A stretch of 45,300 bases of DNA, the filler included, from Streblomastix strix (Eukaryota): the NCBI GenBank assembly GCA_008636045.1. It is 2 parts of 2 records of this genome, joined end to end, with 100 filler letters (N's around TTAATTAATTAA, not from the genome) between each part and the next. Parts side by side here need not be neighbours in the genome. Positions count along the whole stretch, not along the records: positions 1 to 22,603 come from SNRW01000317.1; positions 22,704 to 45,300 come from SNRW01000318.1. One strand, 5' to 3'. Shown here in pieces: positions 15,101 to 26,400 of this stretch. The position numbers and the translations under genes were made by a program. The notes below the pieces were generated by a model. It was not told where the DNA came from. It made no database searches and saw nothing but the letters and a program-made list of their open reading frames with translations. Numbering within the stretch: the stretch's first letter is position 1; each line of letters starts with the position of its first letter.

Positions 15101-18100
15101 ATTTCTGTAATAAATATTGATTATAACTATTCTATATTCCTTCATTTGTTTTTTGATCTAATTTTCTATCTTTTTAGTCTATTTCTTATTTTGGTTTTTC
15201 ATCGATTTCTAATGGTTATCTTTTGGGTTGGAAAAATGATGAATCGTTATAAAAAAGAAGCTATTTTGAAATTTTATCTGTCAATTTCTTTTCTCCATCT
15301 ATTTATAATTTCAAACTTTTCAACGCTTCTATTTTTTTTATCAAACTTTTCAACGAATCATTTTAATATTATGTTTAATTGAACTAATTTGGTATTTGCT
15401 ATTAATTTTATTATTACTAGAGCTGTTATTACATTTATTGAATTTAATCTTTTATAAATGAACTATTTTTATCTAATGATTAATTATTCGTAGTTATTAT
15501 TTAATGTAAACATAACAATAATTTACGGAGCAGATTAGAATACTATGAAATAGTCAAGTGAGAAAGTTCGAATTTTGATATGCTTTATTATTTATTGATT
15601 TATTTTTATTCAAGCTCATAATCTTATTACTGATACTATTATTATTTATCCACATTTCTATGGAATCGTCTTATTCTACTTTATTTTTTATTTATCATTT
15701 TTTTATCTATTATATCTCTATAATCTTCTCTTCTATTAGAAATGTGCCGTCCATTATAATTGGATTCTTTCTTTGAATTTAATTCATCTAAACTTTCAAC
15801 TCCCTTAATCTTTTACTATTATTATAACTATTCTAAATTGATTTCCTTATTTTGTATTCTTTCAGATTCAAACCCTTTTTATTTATTTTTCATTTTCAAA
15901 GATAAATTTTTAGTTGCTTCTTCTTTATCTTCATTAGATAAAATATCGAATTATTATGGTATTTCACTAGAGCTGCCCTTTTACTACTAAATTTATTTTT
16001 ATTTCTATTTCAATTTTTCTTCTTTGTTTTTATCTTTTTATTGTTTTTATGCAAAAATACCTTTGAATTTCGATTCTTTCTTACTCAGGTCTTTTTCTCT
16101 TAATTATAACAACTCTTTTTCTTCTTCCTATTATTTCATTATACTTTTCAATTCATTTTCTTTAATTCTCTTCAAATTTTCAATCTTTTTATATCTTCTT
16201 TCTCTTCTTTACAATTATTTTTGTTTCTTCATCTTTTTTTATTCTTTTCTATTAATATCTTTCTAATATTCTTCATCATCTTGTTCCTATATCCTCTCAT
16301 AGAACAGCAAATACGCTGAATTCTTCTTGTCTGTTTGTTCTTATTATTATTTCTTTAATTATTATTGTTGTTATATTTGTTGATATTACTGAATTTATTA
16401 CTGGTAATTAATGCCATTCAGATCAAAACTGTTACTTCTCTCATCATTTCTATCTCCTTTTCCTCTCTTTTCACTATTTTTCTTATCTTTAATTTCCCTT
16501 TCCAATTATATCTATAACTCTTTCTATTCCTTATACTGCATCTATTGTTGATCCTTCATCAGTTCTCTTTCGCGGATTTCCTTATCATTCCCCCCAAAGC
16601 ATTCATTGGGGATGTCCTTACAATCCAACTCGCTTACTTTCTCATCGTTGAATCTGATCCATCGTGAATGTGTTTGTTGATTTTGATGTTTATATATTGA
16701 TTGTGGTGAGTATTATTTGTTGCGCTATTAATATGGTGAATTATAAGGAGTGATTGAAAAGTGTTTGTTTTCGAGATTGTTGGAATTTAATTGATTATTG
16801 TTGTTATTGAATTGGTCTTCATCATTGTTCCAATTGTAATAATTCTGGTAATAGTCAAAGTTATTCAGAATTTCATTTATTTGTTCTCTGGTTTATTTTC
16901 TTTCCTTTATAAATGAATAATAATGCCCTTATTCCATAGAACCTGCATGGATGATAACTCCAACTAATGAATATTTATATGAATTGCTATTTTGTATTAG
17001 TTATTAAGAAGATGATGAAGAAGAAGAAGATGATGATGAAGAAGAAGAAGAAGAAGATGATGAAGAAGATGATATGGAAGATAATTATGATGATGAAGTA
17101 GATGATTATGATGATAATGATGAAGAAGAAGTTGAATCACTCGAATCATCTGAACTATTAATATTATTCATTTATTCATTATCATTATCATATTCATCAT
17201 CAACTTTGTCTTTAATTCTATTTCTAACTTATTTTCTTCTTTTCATATTATATCTCATTCCATAAGCATATTCTTACCCATCATCAGATTATCCATCCCT
17301 TTTAATACCTTTTCTCCATCTATTTCTTCTTAACTTCTCTTTTTATGATCCTTTCTTTCTAAATATGTCATAATTATACTGTTTCTACTCGTTGTTGTTA
17401 TTAATATTATTGTATATATCAATACTATTAAAAACATTACTGTTCTGATTGAAATAAACAGAATATTCCGCTTTATTTCTTCTATTTCTTGAATTATCTC
17501 TTTCTTCGCTTCTCCATTTGAGATTTTCTTTATCTTTCAACTTATCCGATTCTTTCTTATTCTCTTTTTCCTTCTTTTATTCATATTTCTCAATAAGGCC
17601 AATATCTGACACTAGATTGTCTATCTATTCTGATTCAATTGATATTGAGTCTGTTTGTGAATGAAAACTGGAATTGTCTGTGAATAGATTGATGTTTTCG
17701 TAGTTATCTTCATTATCAGATTAATCCCATTCATTTATATTATTTTATTCTTCTTAATAAATTCCTTCATTCTTATAATCATTATAATGTAACTAAGTAA
17801 ATTATACTAATTATCCTTTTTAACCTTCATTTCCTAATTGAAGTCCTTTTTCTATCATTTTTTTCTTTTCAATTTCTCTTCCTCTTTCATATAATTATCT
17901 CTCTTTAATCTTCTTCATCTTCTTTCTTTCTTTCCTGATCTGCATAATTCTCTCAATTATCATCTTCTTTTCTTTTTCTTTTAATTTCTCTTTTATTTTA
18001 TCTCTTTCCTTTTGGATAATCAATTCGCGCTCCATTTCTTATCGGCCTTCTTCTTATGCGAGAAGTTGCTGTCCTTATTTTTCTTTCTTTTGGATTATCT

Positions 18101-21100
18101 TAAGTTGTTGCTGCTGCTGTTTGTATTCTTTGAGTAGTTGTTTGTATTAATATTCCATGTTTTGATTTATTTATTATTATTGTGATTGCTGCTCATTACC
18201 ATTTGAAGTAGTTTCTTTTGTTTCAAACGAATTTTTATTCATAATTTTTTGTATATTTCTTCTTCTTCTTCTTCTTTTGTCTTTTAATTAATCAAAATCA
18301 ACTTATTCTCCATTTTCACTCATTTTCAGCTACTATTAAATCTTTTCTCTTTCATCCCTCATTACTCTACTCATCTTTTATTCTTTCTCTCTTTATTTCT
18401 CTTCCTATTTCTCTTTCAGCTCAACATTATCCTTCATAAATTCGCTCATGTCCAATACCTCGCCTTCTATCGGAAATGCGAAGTACGAATTGACTTTGAT
18501 CGACCGAGTAGTGTCACTCATTCCGCTGTACGATTGATTATTGAACTGATTACCGCCTTAGAACTAGCTTGTGTTCAGATTTACGCTGCTGTTCAAGTTA
18601 GTCTGCTGCATCTTCATTATCTGCTGCTAGAAAGAAGAACTTGGCGAATTTTGCTGTGTTTGCGACGACGATCCGAACTTGATGTTCATATTCAGGCACC
18701 CTTCGCAGGTCTATTTGTTGAACTCGATTATGCTCTCATTCTCTGCCCTGAGCTAATTCGCCTGTTGTTGTTACTGCATTTGCTATGTTGAATGTGTTTA
18801 TTAGGAATATGGATTGTTGACCATCACATTCTGGAATCGCTTTAAATGGAATATCAGTGTAGGTGGTAAGTGGTCAAACAATTGTCTATGTAGTGCTTTC
18901 TCTACATATTTACCTGATGCTTGTTTCGGGGGTTAATCTGGAAATGGTTGTTATGTTTATACTTCTGGTTGTTTAGTTTCTGCTTCTTTTTCTTTAATTT
19001 CTTTATTTTTATTAGAATTTTCTTCAGTTTGACCAATTTCTCCTATATCTTATGTAGAAATCTCTTTCGAATTTATTTCTCTAGTTGATATTTCCTTATC
19101 CTTTTCATTATCTTTCTCATTTCTATCATCTTTCAATTTCTCTTATTCTTCTTTTAATTTCAACTCAATTTCAATTCTTTCTTTTTCTTTTTCTTCCTTT
19201 TCTTTCTCTTTCTCCAATAATTCTCTGTTTAATTCCCTTTCTCTTTCCTCTTCTTCCAACTCACCGCATTTGAGGCATTCATATTTGATCTCACCTCGCA
19301 TAATCTCTGATTTTTACCCGTGCGACGCTTTTAGTGATGAAATAAGCGAATGATGTTTAGCGACATCAACTTCCAGGATCATAAATGGTTCTTTCTTGGT
19401 TGATATGTGCCCACGTTCGCAGAAGTACTGGTGGTAGATGGATCCTTCAAATAATGAGGATATTAAGCTGGAGTTTCGCTGAAGTGAAGATGTTGATTGT
19501 TGAAGTTAGTTGGATGTTTCAGCTGTATCTGATGGTAATTGTTGAGATGATTGGTTTTGAGTTAATGAGGACTGTATATATTGTTGTAATTGTGGTGAAA
19601 CACCTGCTTTAAATATTTGATTTTCTTAATCTGAATAATTTTTCTATATATTCGATTGTTTTGATTATTATTATTGTTATGGTTTAGAATACAAATAAAG
19701 ACAATGTGTAGGTGGAAATACATAGAAAATAGAATTCAAAATTGAGAATAATGAATATGCAGGTTGTTATTATAATTATTGAAGTTCCTATTAATATTGT
19801 TAATACAGTTTTTGATTCTATTTTTAGAATTTCTATTATAGCTATTAACTTTATAGTGCTATTTTCTAATCATTATTTTTGCTTTTCTTTTTCGCATCTG
19901 CCAAATCAGAATCTTTTTCATTCTCGTTCTCTTTTTTTTTTTTTTTCTCTTTTTCAATTATTTTTTATTATTTTTATTTTTTCTATTATAATTATTTCTA
20001 ATATTACTGATCTAACAATTATTTCTTCCCTTCATGAATATTCTTCATCCTTTCCTCCATTAAAACGATCCTTTCCCGCATCTTCTGTATCTGCGCCAGT
20101 AATTTGTCTTCGTGTTCGTAAATACTCTGTTCAGCCTTCTGAAGCTGTGTTAGAAGCCGCGTAACAAACTCAGATGCATCCATTTGTATGGTCTGATCAA
20201 CAACTGATCCGCCAAAGTTCTTGAAATTCTTCATAAATAATTAAACAATGTCAATTGATTTGATTAGACTGGTTTGCAGTCTGATGAAAACTGTGTATAA
20301 AGATGAGTACATTAGTTGTGCTTCATCTAAAGATGGTGTTATTGTATTATCAGATGGAATTGTATTCAAATCTTTCTCTAAATACTATGTGATATATTAG
20401 TATGATTGTTATTTAGAATTTGATGTAAGAAGTGAAGTTGGTATTTATAATTATTATTATGTTTATTAGGAAGGAGTTTATTATTATTTTGATAATGGAC
20501 GAGGAGGAGTTTAATCCTGATTTATATTTTTATCCATTTCTTACTTTTATTATAAGTCTTATTCTTTTTGATCTTGTTGTTCATTCTTTTCAAACCATCC
20601 AGATTTATCTTATTCGTTCACAAATTCAAGTTCTTATTTAGCAAGCTCTAATGCAAGTCCGACTGCTGCCATTGTTGTCGATAGATACGATATGTATACC
20701 AAATTATACCTGTTCTGGATTCCAAGAAAAGCTTCACGGAATCCGCCGTATTAAAGTAAATATTGACTTTGTTCATTTCTGGTTCTTCCATTAATAATTC
20801 TCAACTTTTAAATATCATACTTATTATTATGAATTTAGTGGTTCGACATCATGAAGAACTGCTGAATGACAGATATCATGTAGCACAATGCAGATGGATT
20901 GACTATAGCAACATACCCAGACTTCGATCTAAGCTGAGAATACGGATTATGAAAGAAAGAAGTGATGTTGGATGTGTTTGTAGCATTCTTGTAATTTAAT
21001 GAAGAAATTGTTAACATCTGTTGATATATTTCAGTTATTGATGATGGGCATCGAAGTGAAGGGATAATGAGTGATGTTGATTATTAAGATTAAGATTATT

Positions 21101-22601
21101 ATTATGAAGATGATTACTATGCACAATTTTGAGTTTATTATTATTATTACAACGCAGATTGTCCATTCAAAACTTATACAATTTTTTTAAGGTTTTAATT
21201 AACTATAGAATTACTCATAGAAGTTGGTCTAATGTCTGAATATTTAATAATTTTAGCTTCTTCATCATCGCTTTCATTTCCTATAGCGATTATTTCTTCA
21301 TCAATGTCTTTATAATTATATTGTTATAATAATCCTAGTTTGCTATTATCTTTTTTAATTTTAGTTTCTCTTTCAATTTCTGGTTCCTATTTTGATTCTT
21401 CTTCTTCAGCATCTTGTAAATATATTGATAGTTTCTGTATTTTATACTCATATTTAAGATATAAGTTCTCATCAATTTATTGTTAATTGATTTATTCATT
21501 ATTTTAATTAACTTGATTGTAATTACTATATTTTTGAATCAATTCAAGGGTTTGTTTCTGAGTTTATAGATATTGCTAAATTACATCATTTTCATCAAAA
21601 TTATCACCACTTTCAAAGTCAAAATATAATTTATTATATAATTCATTTTCATTTGGTGTATTTTAAACATTATTAATGTTTTATTATAAATCATCTACTC
21701 GATTATTTTCTTTTTTATTTTTCTTCTTTTAATCTAATTCATGAATGCTTTATTTTTCAATTTAAATTTCCTTTTCTTTCTCATTAGTTGATTCTAATTC
21801 TTTTGCAATTCTTTCATTTTCATCATCTTCTTTATCTTATAATTCTTCTTCATCGCTGATCTCTTCACTAATATCTTTTTCTTACTCATTCAAACTCAAC
21901 TAACCAATGTCTAAGTCTTGCGTAACAATAGTTGTAACCATCTTTCTTTCACATTCAATTGGAATAGTCTCTGTTGATAATAATTGGGAGAGAAACCGAT
22001 TGTTGTGTATGCAGTTAGATTACGAGTATTAATTATCTATATTTCTTGTATTATTGAATATATGTGAATGAATTGAGTCGTTGTTGGAATTATTGCACAA
22101 CTCAAACAATAATTCAAGGAGATACGAACGTGTTGTTTCATTGTTTCCAATCGGTATGTTTTAATTACTAATAAAATTAGCAGAATTATTTGTTGGTAAA
22201 TTGCTATTCAAAATAGATACGTATGAACATGTGCATTAATTTGCATTGCTGTTATAAATATTCTGAACGTGAGGAGGCGGTATGATTGTAATACTCGATT
22301 TTATTTGTGATATTATATTATCAATGTCATTAATATATTCTACTTCTTTTTCTTTTTCTTTACTGCTCTTTTTCTCTTAGTTTTATTATTCATTTTTTAT
22401 TCTTTCATTTAATTAATCGATTATTTTCTTCTTATAAACAATGTTGTTATAATCGTCAACAATTCTATTCAGTTTTTCAGATCCAAGAATATGAACAAAT
22501 ATATGATGAATAAGATTAAATTATGATGGATTGATATTTAACGAAAGTGAGTATTATTATGATCCAATATAGTGTTTAACACATGAGCATTCGTTTAGAC
22601 G
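3..22601 (-). CDS. Giant ubiquitin carboxyl-terminal hydrolase (peptidase C19, USP9X/USP24/USP34-like), partial at both ends, about 7,500 codons with TAA/TAG=Gln
   Basis: One minus frame (codon low coordinate divisible by 3) was open at every place checked from 3 to 22601. It contains track ORFs 10029-10379, 20019-20234 and 20835-21017. USP motifs occur in the right order: GYVAIVNPSALCYMISVIQQFF (Cys 20883-20885), QMDASEF, EPFMILEVDV, YECLKCG, LPPTLIFHLKRF, KVNSYFAFP, YSLVGVIIHAGSMEQGHYYSFIKER (His 16923-16925), WIRFNDEKV, SAYLLFYER. The downstream SWLRTLLLNCYDQNIRLSFSKL (~12055-12120) resembles the post-catalytic region of the USP9/24/34 group. Not every codon was checked for TGA. Confidence 0.88.
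24..131 (-). repeat. (TAA)n trinucleotide tract encoding about 36 Gln inside the USP frame
   Basis: (ATT)n on the + strand reads TAA/CAA codons in the USP frame. Confidence 0.9.
10015..10210 (-). repeat. (TCTTTA)n-type hexamer repeats encoding Lys-Asp/Glu (KDKD) tracts
   Basis: In-frame KDKDKDKDKDKDKDK in the USP frame; similar tracts at ~7985-8040. Confidence 0.85.
11550..11840 (-). repeat. Lys/Asp/Glu/Asn low-complexity coding repeat
   Basis: Degenerate TTTATC/TTTTTC hexamer runs giving KDK/ENKDK tracts in the USP frame. Confidence 0.75.
16299..20918 (-). other. USP (peptidase C19) catalytic domain, split by long low-complexity insertions
   Basis: Cys box ~20850-20918, QxDA box ~20165-20190, LKRF ~18835-18845, His box ~16900-16980, FND 16644-16652, AYLLFYER ~16300-16320. 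Confidence 0.93.
17007..17140 (-). repeat. (GAA/GAT)n tract encoding poly-Ser just upstream of the His box
   Basis: Reads TCT/TCA codons in the USP frame. Confidence 0.8.
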
Positions 22602-22603
22602 AA

Positions 22604-22703
22604 NNNNNNNNNNNNNNNNNNNNNNNNNNNNNNNNNNNNNNNNNNNNTTAATTAATTAANNNNNNNNNNNNNNNNNNNNNNNNNNNNNNNNNNNNNNNNN
22701 NNN
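22604..22703. other. Artificial contig spacer: 44 N + TTAATTAATTAA + 44 N
   Basis: Symmetric N runs around a palindromic 12-mer that gives standard-code stops in all six frames; total exactly 100 nt. Confidence 0.95.
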
Positions 22704-22704
22704 T

Positions 22705-22920
22705 AAAAAATTATAAAGATAAACAAAAATAAGAAATTTAGAAAAGAATAAAATATAAAAAATTATAAAGATAAACAAAAATAAGAAATTTAGAAAAGAA
22801 TAAAATATAAAAAATTATAAAGATAAACAAAAATAAGAAATTTAGAAAAGAATAAAATATAAAAAATTATAAAGATAAACAAAAATAAGAAATTTAGAAA
22901 AGAATAAAATATAAAAAATT
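22705..22920 (+). repeat. 52-bp AT-rich minisatellite, array 1 (4 copies plus a partial, at the contig start)
   Basis: Unit AAAAAATTATAAAGATAAACAAAAATAAGAAATTTAGAAAAGAATAAAATAT starting at 22705, 22757, 22809 and 22861. Confidence 0.97.
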
Positions 22921-23051
22921 AAAGAAAATTTTTGATTAAATTTAATTTAATTTAATTTATTTTAATTTAATTTATATTTATTTTTTATTTTTCTATATTA
23001 TTTCATTGTTTTATTTTTCCTATTTTTTCCTTGAACTTATTCTCTTATTAG

Positions 23052-23170
23052 GCATCACATTACTAATCACTTCTTTTCACCTTAATGAGGTTTTTTGGGA
23101 GTGATGTGTGATTAATAAATAAAAATGACTCTATTAAATTTTGATCTGTTTAATGAATTGTCATTCATAA
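23052..23170. other. Conserved non-coding island with hairpin potential (copy 1)
   Basis: 23052-23120 is identical to 30552-30620. Nested stems ATCACA/TGTGAT and ATCACTTC/GGAGTGAT, then a second stem AATGAC..ATTAAA/TTTAAT..GTCATT. Confidence 0.45.
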
Positions 23171-23470
23171 TTTAATATTTTGATAATTAATTGATATTAT
23201 GTATTATATATTGAAATTTAGTTTGAATTACGGAATCTATTAAATATGAAAGGATATTGAGATTAAATCATTATAAAATTAAATTTTATTGGTTTATTAT
23301 ACCCATACATATAGTATTATAATTAAATTTATTTAGCAAATATTATATTTTTAAATTTTCTCTCAATATATTTATTCAATTTTGACAATTATGATTAAAA
23401 ACCAAATTTATAACTCGAAAAGCAGTCACTATTTTTTGAATTAAAACCACCCATTTGCCAAATATTCTGA

Positions 23471-26400
23471 ATGACTTTCGCTTTTATCGTATTTGAATTC
23501 ATTGTTATCTATTCATGTAACATTTATGCTTCACATGACACGGTGATTCACAGATTCCACAGCGAGTAATTGAACGAACTTGATTCAAGTCCTGTTTCTA
23601 TTTGCTTGAACAACGATGGAACAATTATCGATGTTGTATGCATTCATATGTTTAATTGTACAATTTATTTATTCATTTGTTTACAGAAGTGCAACACGTG
23701 TTCTGCGCATTAATTGACGAATGTTAGGAATGAATTGTAAGCAGGGAAGTTGACTGTCATGAGGCATAATAACAAATATTTGAGATCAAGGTACAATTTA
23801 ACATGTGAAATTACCCAATTTGCTTCCAGTGATGATTGTTTGTGGGAGAAATTAGATGGTAAAACATATATTTAATTCTAAGCATGTAAGCTCTCGGTAA
23901 CTAATATTATGAAGGTGATTGATAATAAAATTAAGCTTCAAATGTTAGATGTTAGACATTTATTTGATGAATTATACAATATTCTCAATTATGCGTTGCG
24001 CACACTGACAAGAACTGCAATCCGACTTTGGATCGTTAATCACAACTCTTTGATATCAGCAACTTTGGAGAAATGTTAGGTGAACTCAACTTAAAGTTAG
24101 TTATCTATACAAACGCAACCCTAGAAAGTTGATATTAGTACTTAAATCTTCACATACATAGAGCTTTTACTTCTCTTTTCAGTTGCAAAACTCCTTAACT
24201 CATTTTCATCCAATATCCATTCAATTCTGTTCACAAATAAAGAATATTAGTAATAACCAAAATAATAATAAATCAAGAATAATAATAAGAACAAACATTT
24301 GATTCTACTACTATTCCTGGCTTTCTTTGTGTCATGTGGGTCATTCAATGTGAATGGAGTTGAGTATTATGTAAAAGATTTTGGAGAAGATTTAAGCAGC
24401 TGTTCATTTTCAGCACCGTGTTTGACTTTGGGAGCTGGTACGATTACCAATAATGTTAATACTGCAGAAACTTTTATAGTCTATATTGTGGATAGAACTT
24501 CTATTAATTAATAATAGTACATAACACAAACTTCATCGCCTCGAACATTTAGGAGCTACCCAGATTCAAGTGAAACCTACAGGGACATCAGAGTATATGA
24601 TACAGGTATATTTAATGTTGCTGGATAAGTACTCTTCATCTTCATTAACTTTGTTGTTTAAAGTATAGCAACTTATAGTAATGTGATAAGTGTTTCATCA
24701 TATTCTTCAGCAGCTGTTACTCTCTAATATTGTAAGATGAGCATGGCATCTGGAGTTAGTTCAGTATCACACAATTTTGTTGTCTAATATGGCGGTAATC
24801 TTAATATCGATAATTTAAATGTAGAAAATGTAGTATCAACATCAGCAATTATTTAAGTTTTTTATGCAAAACCATTAAGTATTACAAATAGTCACTTTGA
24901 AAATGTAACAAGAACAGTAAGCGGTGATTAAAAAGAAGCTGGCATTGTTCAAGTTAGTTTAACTGATTCAGGAAATCAATTAACTTTAACAGGATCATAA
25001 TTCATTCAGTGCAAATCAACTGAATTAAATTCCAATGGAGGTGCATTATATCTTTTATTGGGGAATTATGCAACTGGGATCTTATAAAATTTAGAATTTA
25101 TTCAATGTGAGTCATACAGTGGAGGTGGTATATATGCAGTACTATTATCAAATTCACAATTAACATTGAGCACTACTGACAGTAATCAATTCTTATTCAC
25201 AAGCTGTAGGACTACTACAGGTAATGGAGGTGGAATGTTTGTAGATACAAGATCTAATTCTAAATTAACTTTATCAGGTAATTGCCTATTCACGAGTTGC
25301 AGTACAAATAATGGTGATGGTGGTGGAATTTATGCATATAATAATGAGGGAAATGTTGTTATCAATTCATAGTGTAAGTTCTACCAATGTATTAGCTATG
25401 GTAATGGAGGTGGAATCTTTCATGAGTTTGATTTTTCAAGAGTTTGCAGATTCACTATCAATGATGCAATATTTCAGGAGTGTGAAGCTAAATCCTCTTC
25501 ATCACTTTCAACAGGGAAATCAGGATATGGAGGAGGAATCTACATTGGTGGAATAGGAACATATGCAACATAATTTGATATTTTAGATTTGCATGGAATG
25601 AAGATTGATGGTAATAAAGCTGATAAATATGGCTAAAGTTTGTATGCTGCTTTGACTGCTTTGGAATCATGGTGTTTGTTAGGAACTGATGGTGAATATG
25701 TAAAAGGTAACTATAGCGATGTAGATTCAAATGCAAATGAGTTAATGGGAATTCCAATCACTTTATCCACATTCAATTCTTATTCAGACTCATAGATTCA
25801 ATCTGAAACAAAGTCGCTTGAAACTTATTGGAATTCTGACGATGATGATCCTATTGTTTATGATAATGAATTCTATGTCCGTTAATCAAGTAGCAACGAC
25901 TAAAATTAATGTATATCATCAAGTCCATGCAAAACATTATAGGCAAATTTAATTACAAATAAATTCAACATTGCAGAAACATTTGTAGTTTATATTATGG
26001 ATGAAACTACTCTTACATAATAATTGGAAATAACATAAACTATGTCACCTCGAACGTTTAGGAACTTAATTACATCAGGAACAGCGCTAAGTGAAATTTA
26101 ATATAATAAAGATGGATAATTTAGTGTTATTGGATCAGTTCTATTCATTAATATAAACTTTATTGATTATAGTGAAGAAAGTCCAAATACTAACTTAATA
26201 TATTCATTAGGAGAATCGGCATTTGTTGGTATTACAAATTGTAAGATGAGTATGGGTGATGGAATCAGTTAAATATCTCGCAGTCTTGTGTATTTGTAAT
26301 CTTGTGATCTCTATATTGATAATTTATATGTTAAAGATATAATATCAACATAGGCAATTGTATCAATTTATTATTATGCCAGAATTATGAGTATAATAAA

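Noticed and set aside
20..21000. Many short plus-strand hydrophobic ORFs in the track (poly-Ile, Phe/Leu-rich)
   Set aside because: They are antisense shadows of Q/N/K/E-rich tracts in the minus-strand USP frame.
22604..22703. Palindromic TTAATTAATTAA inside N runs, and apparent linkage of the USP gene to the cassette array
   Set aside because: This is an artificial concatenation spacer, so the two sides cannot be assumed adjacent in the genome.
23480..24230. Minus-strand gene in the conserved leader (DENELRS...STFQG)
   Set aside because: All three minus frames hit TGA within short distances, whereas the plus frame is open in both copies. An old pseudogene origin is not fully excluded.
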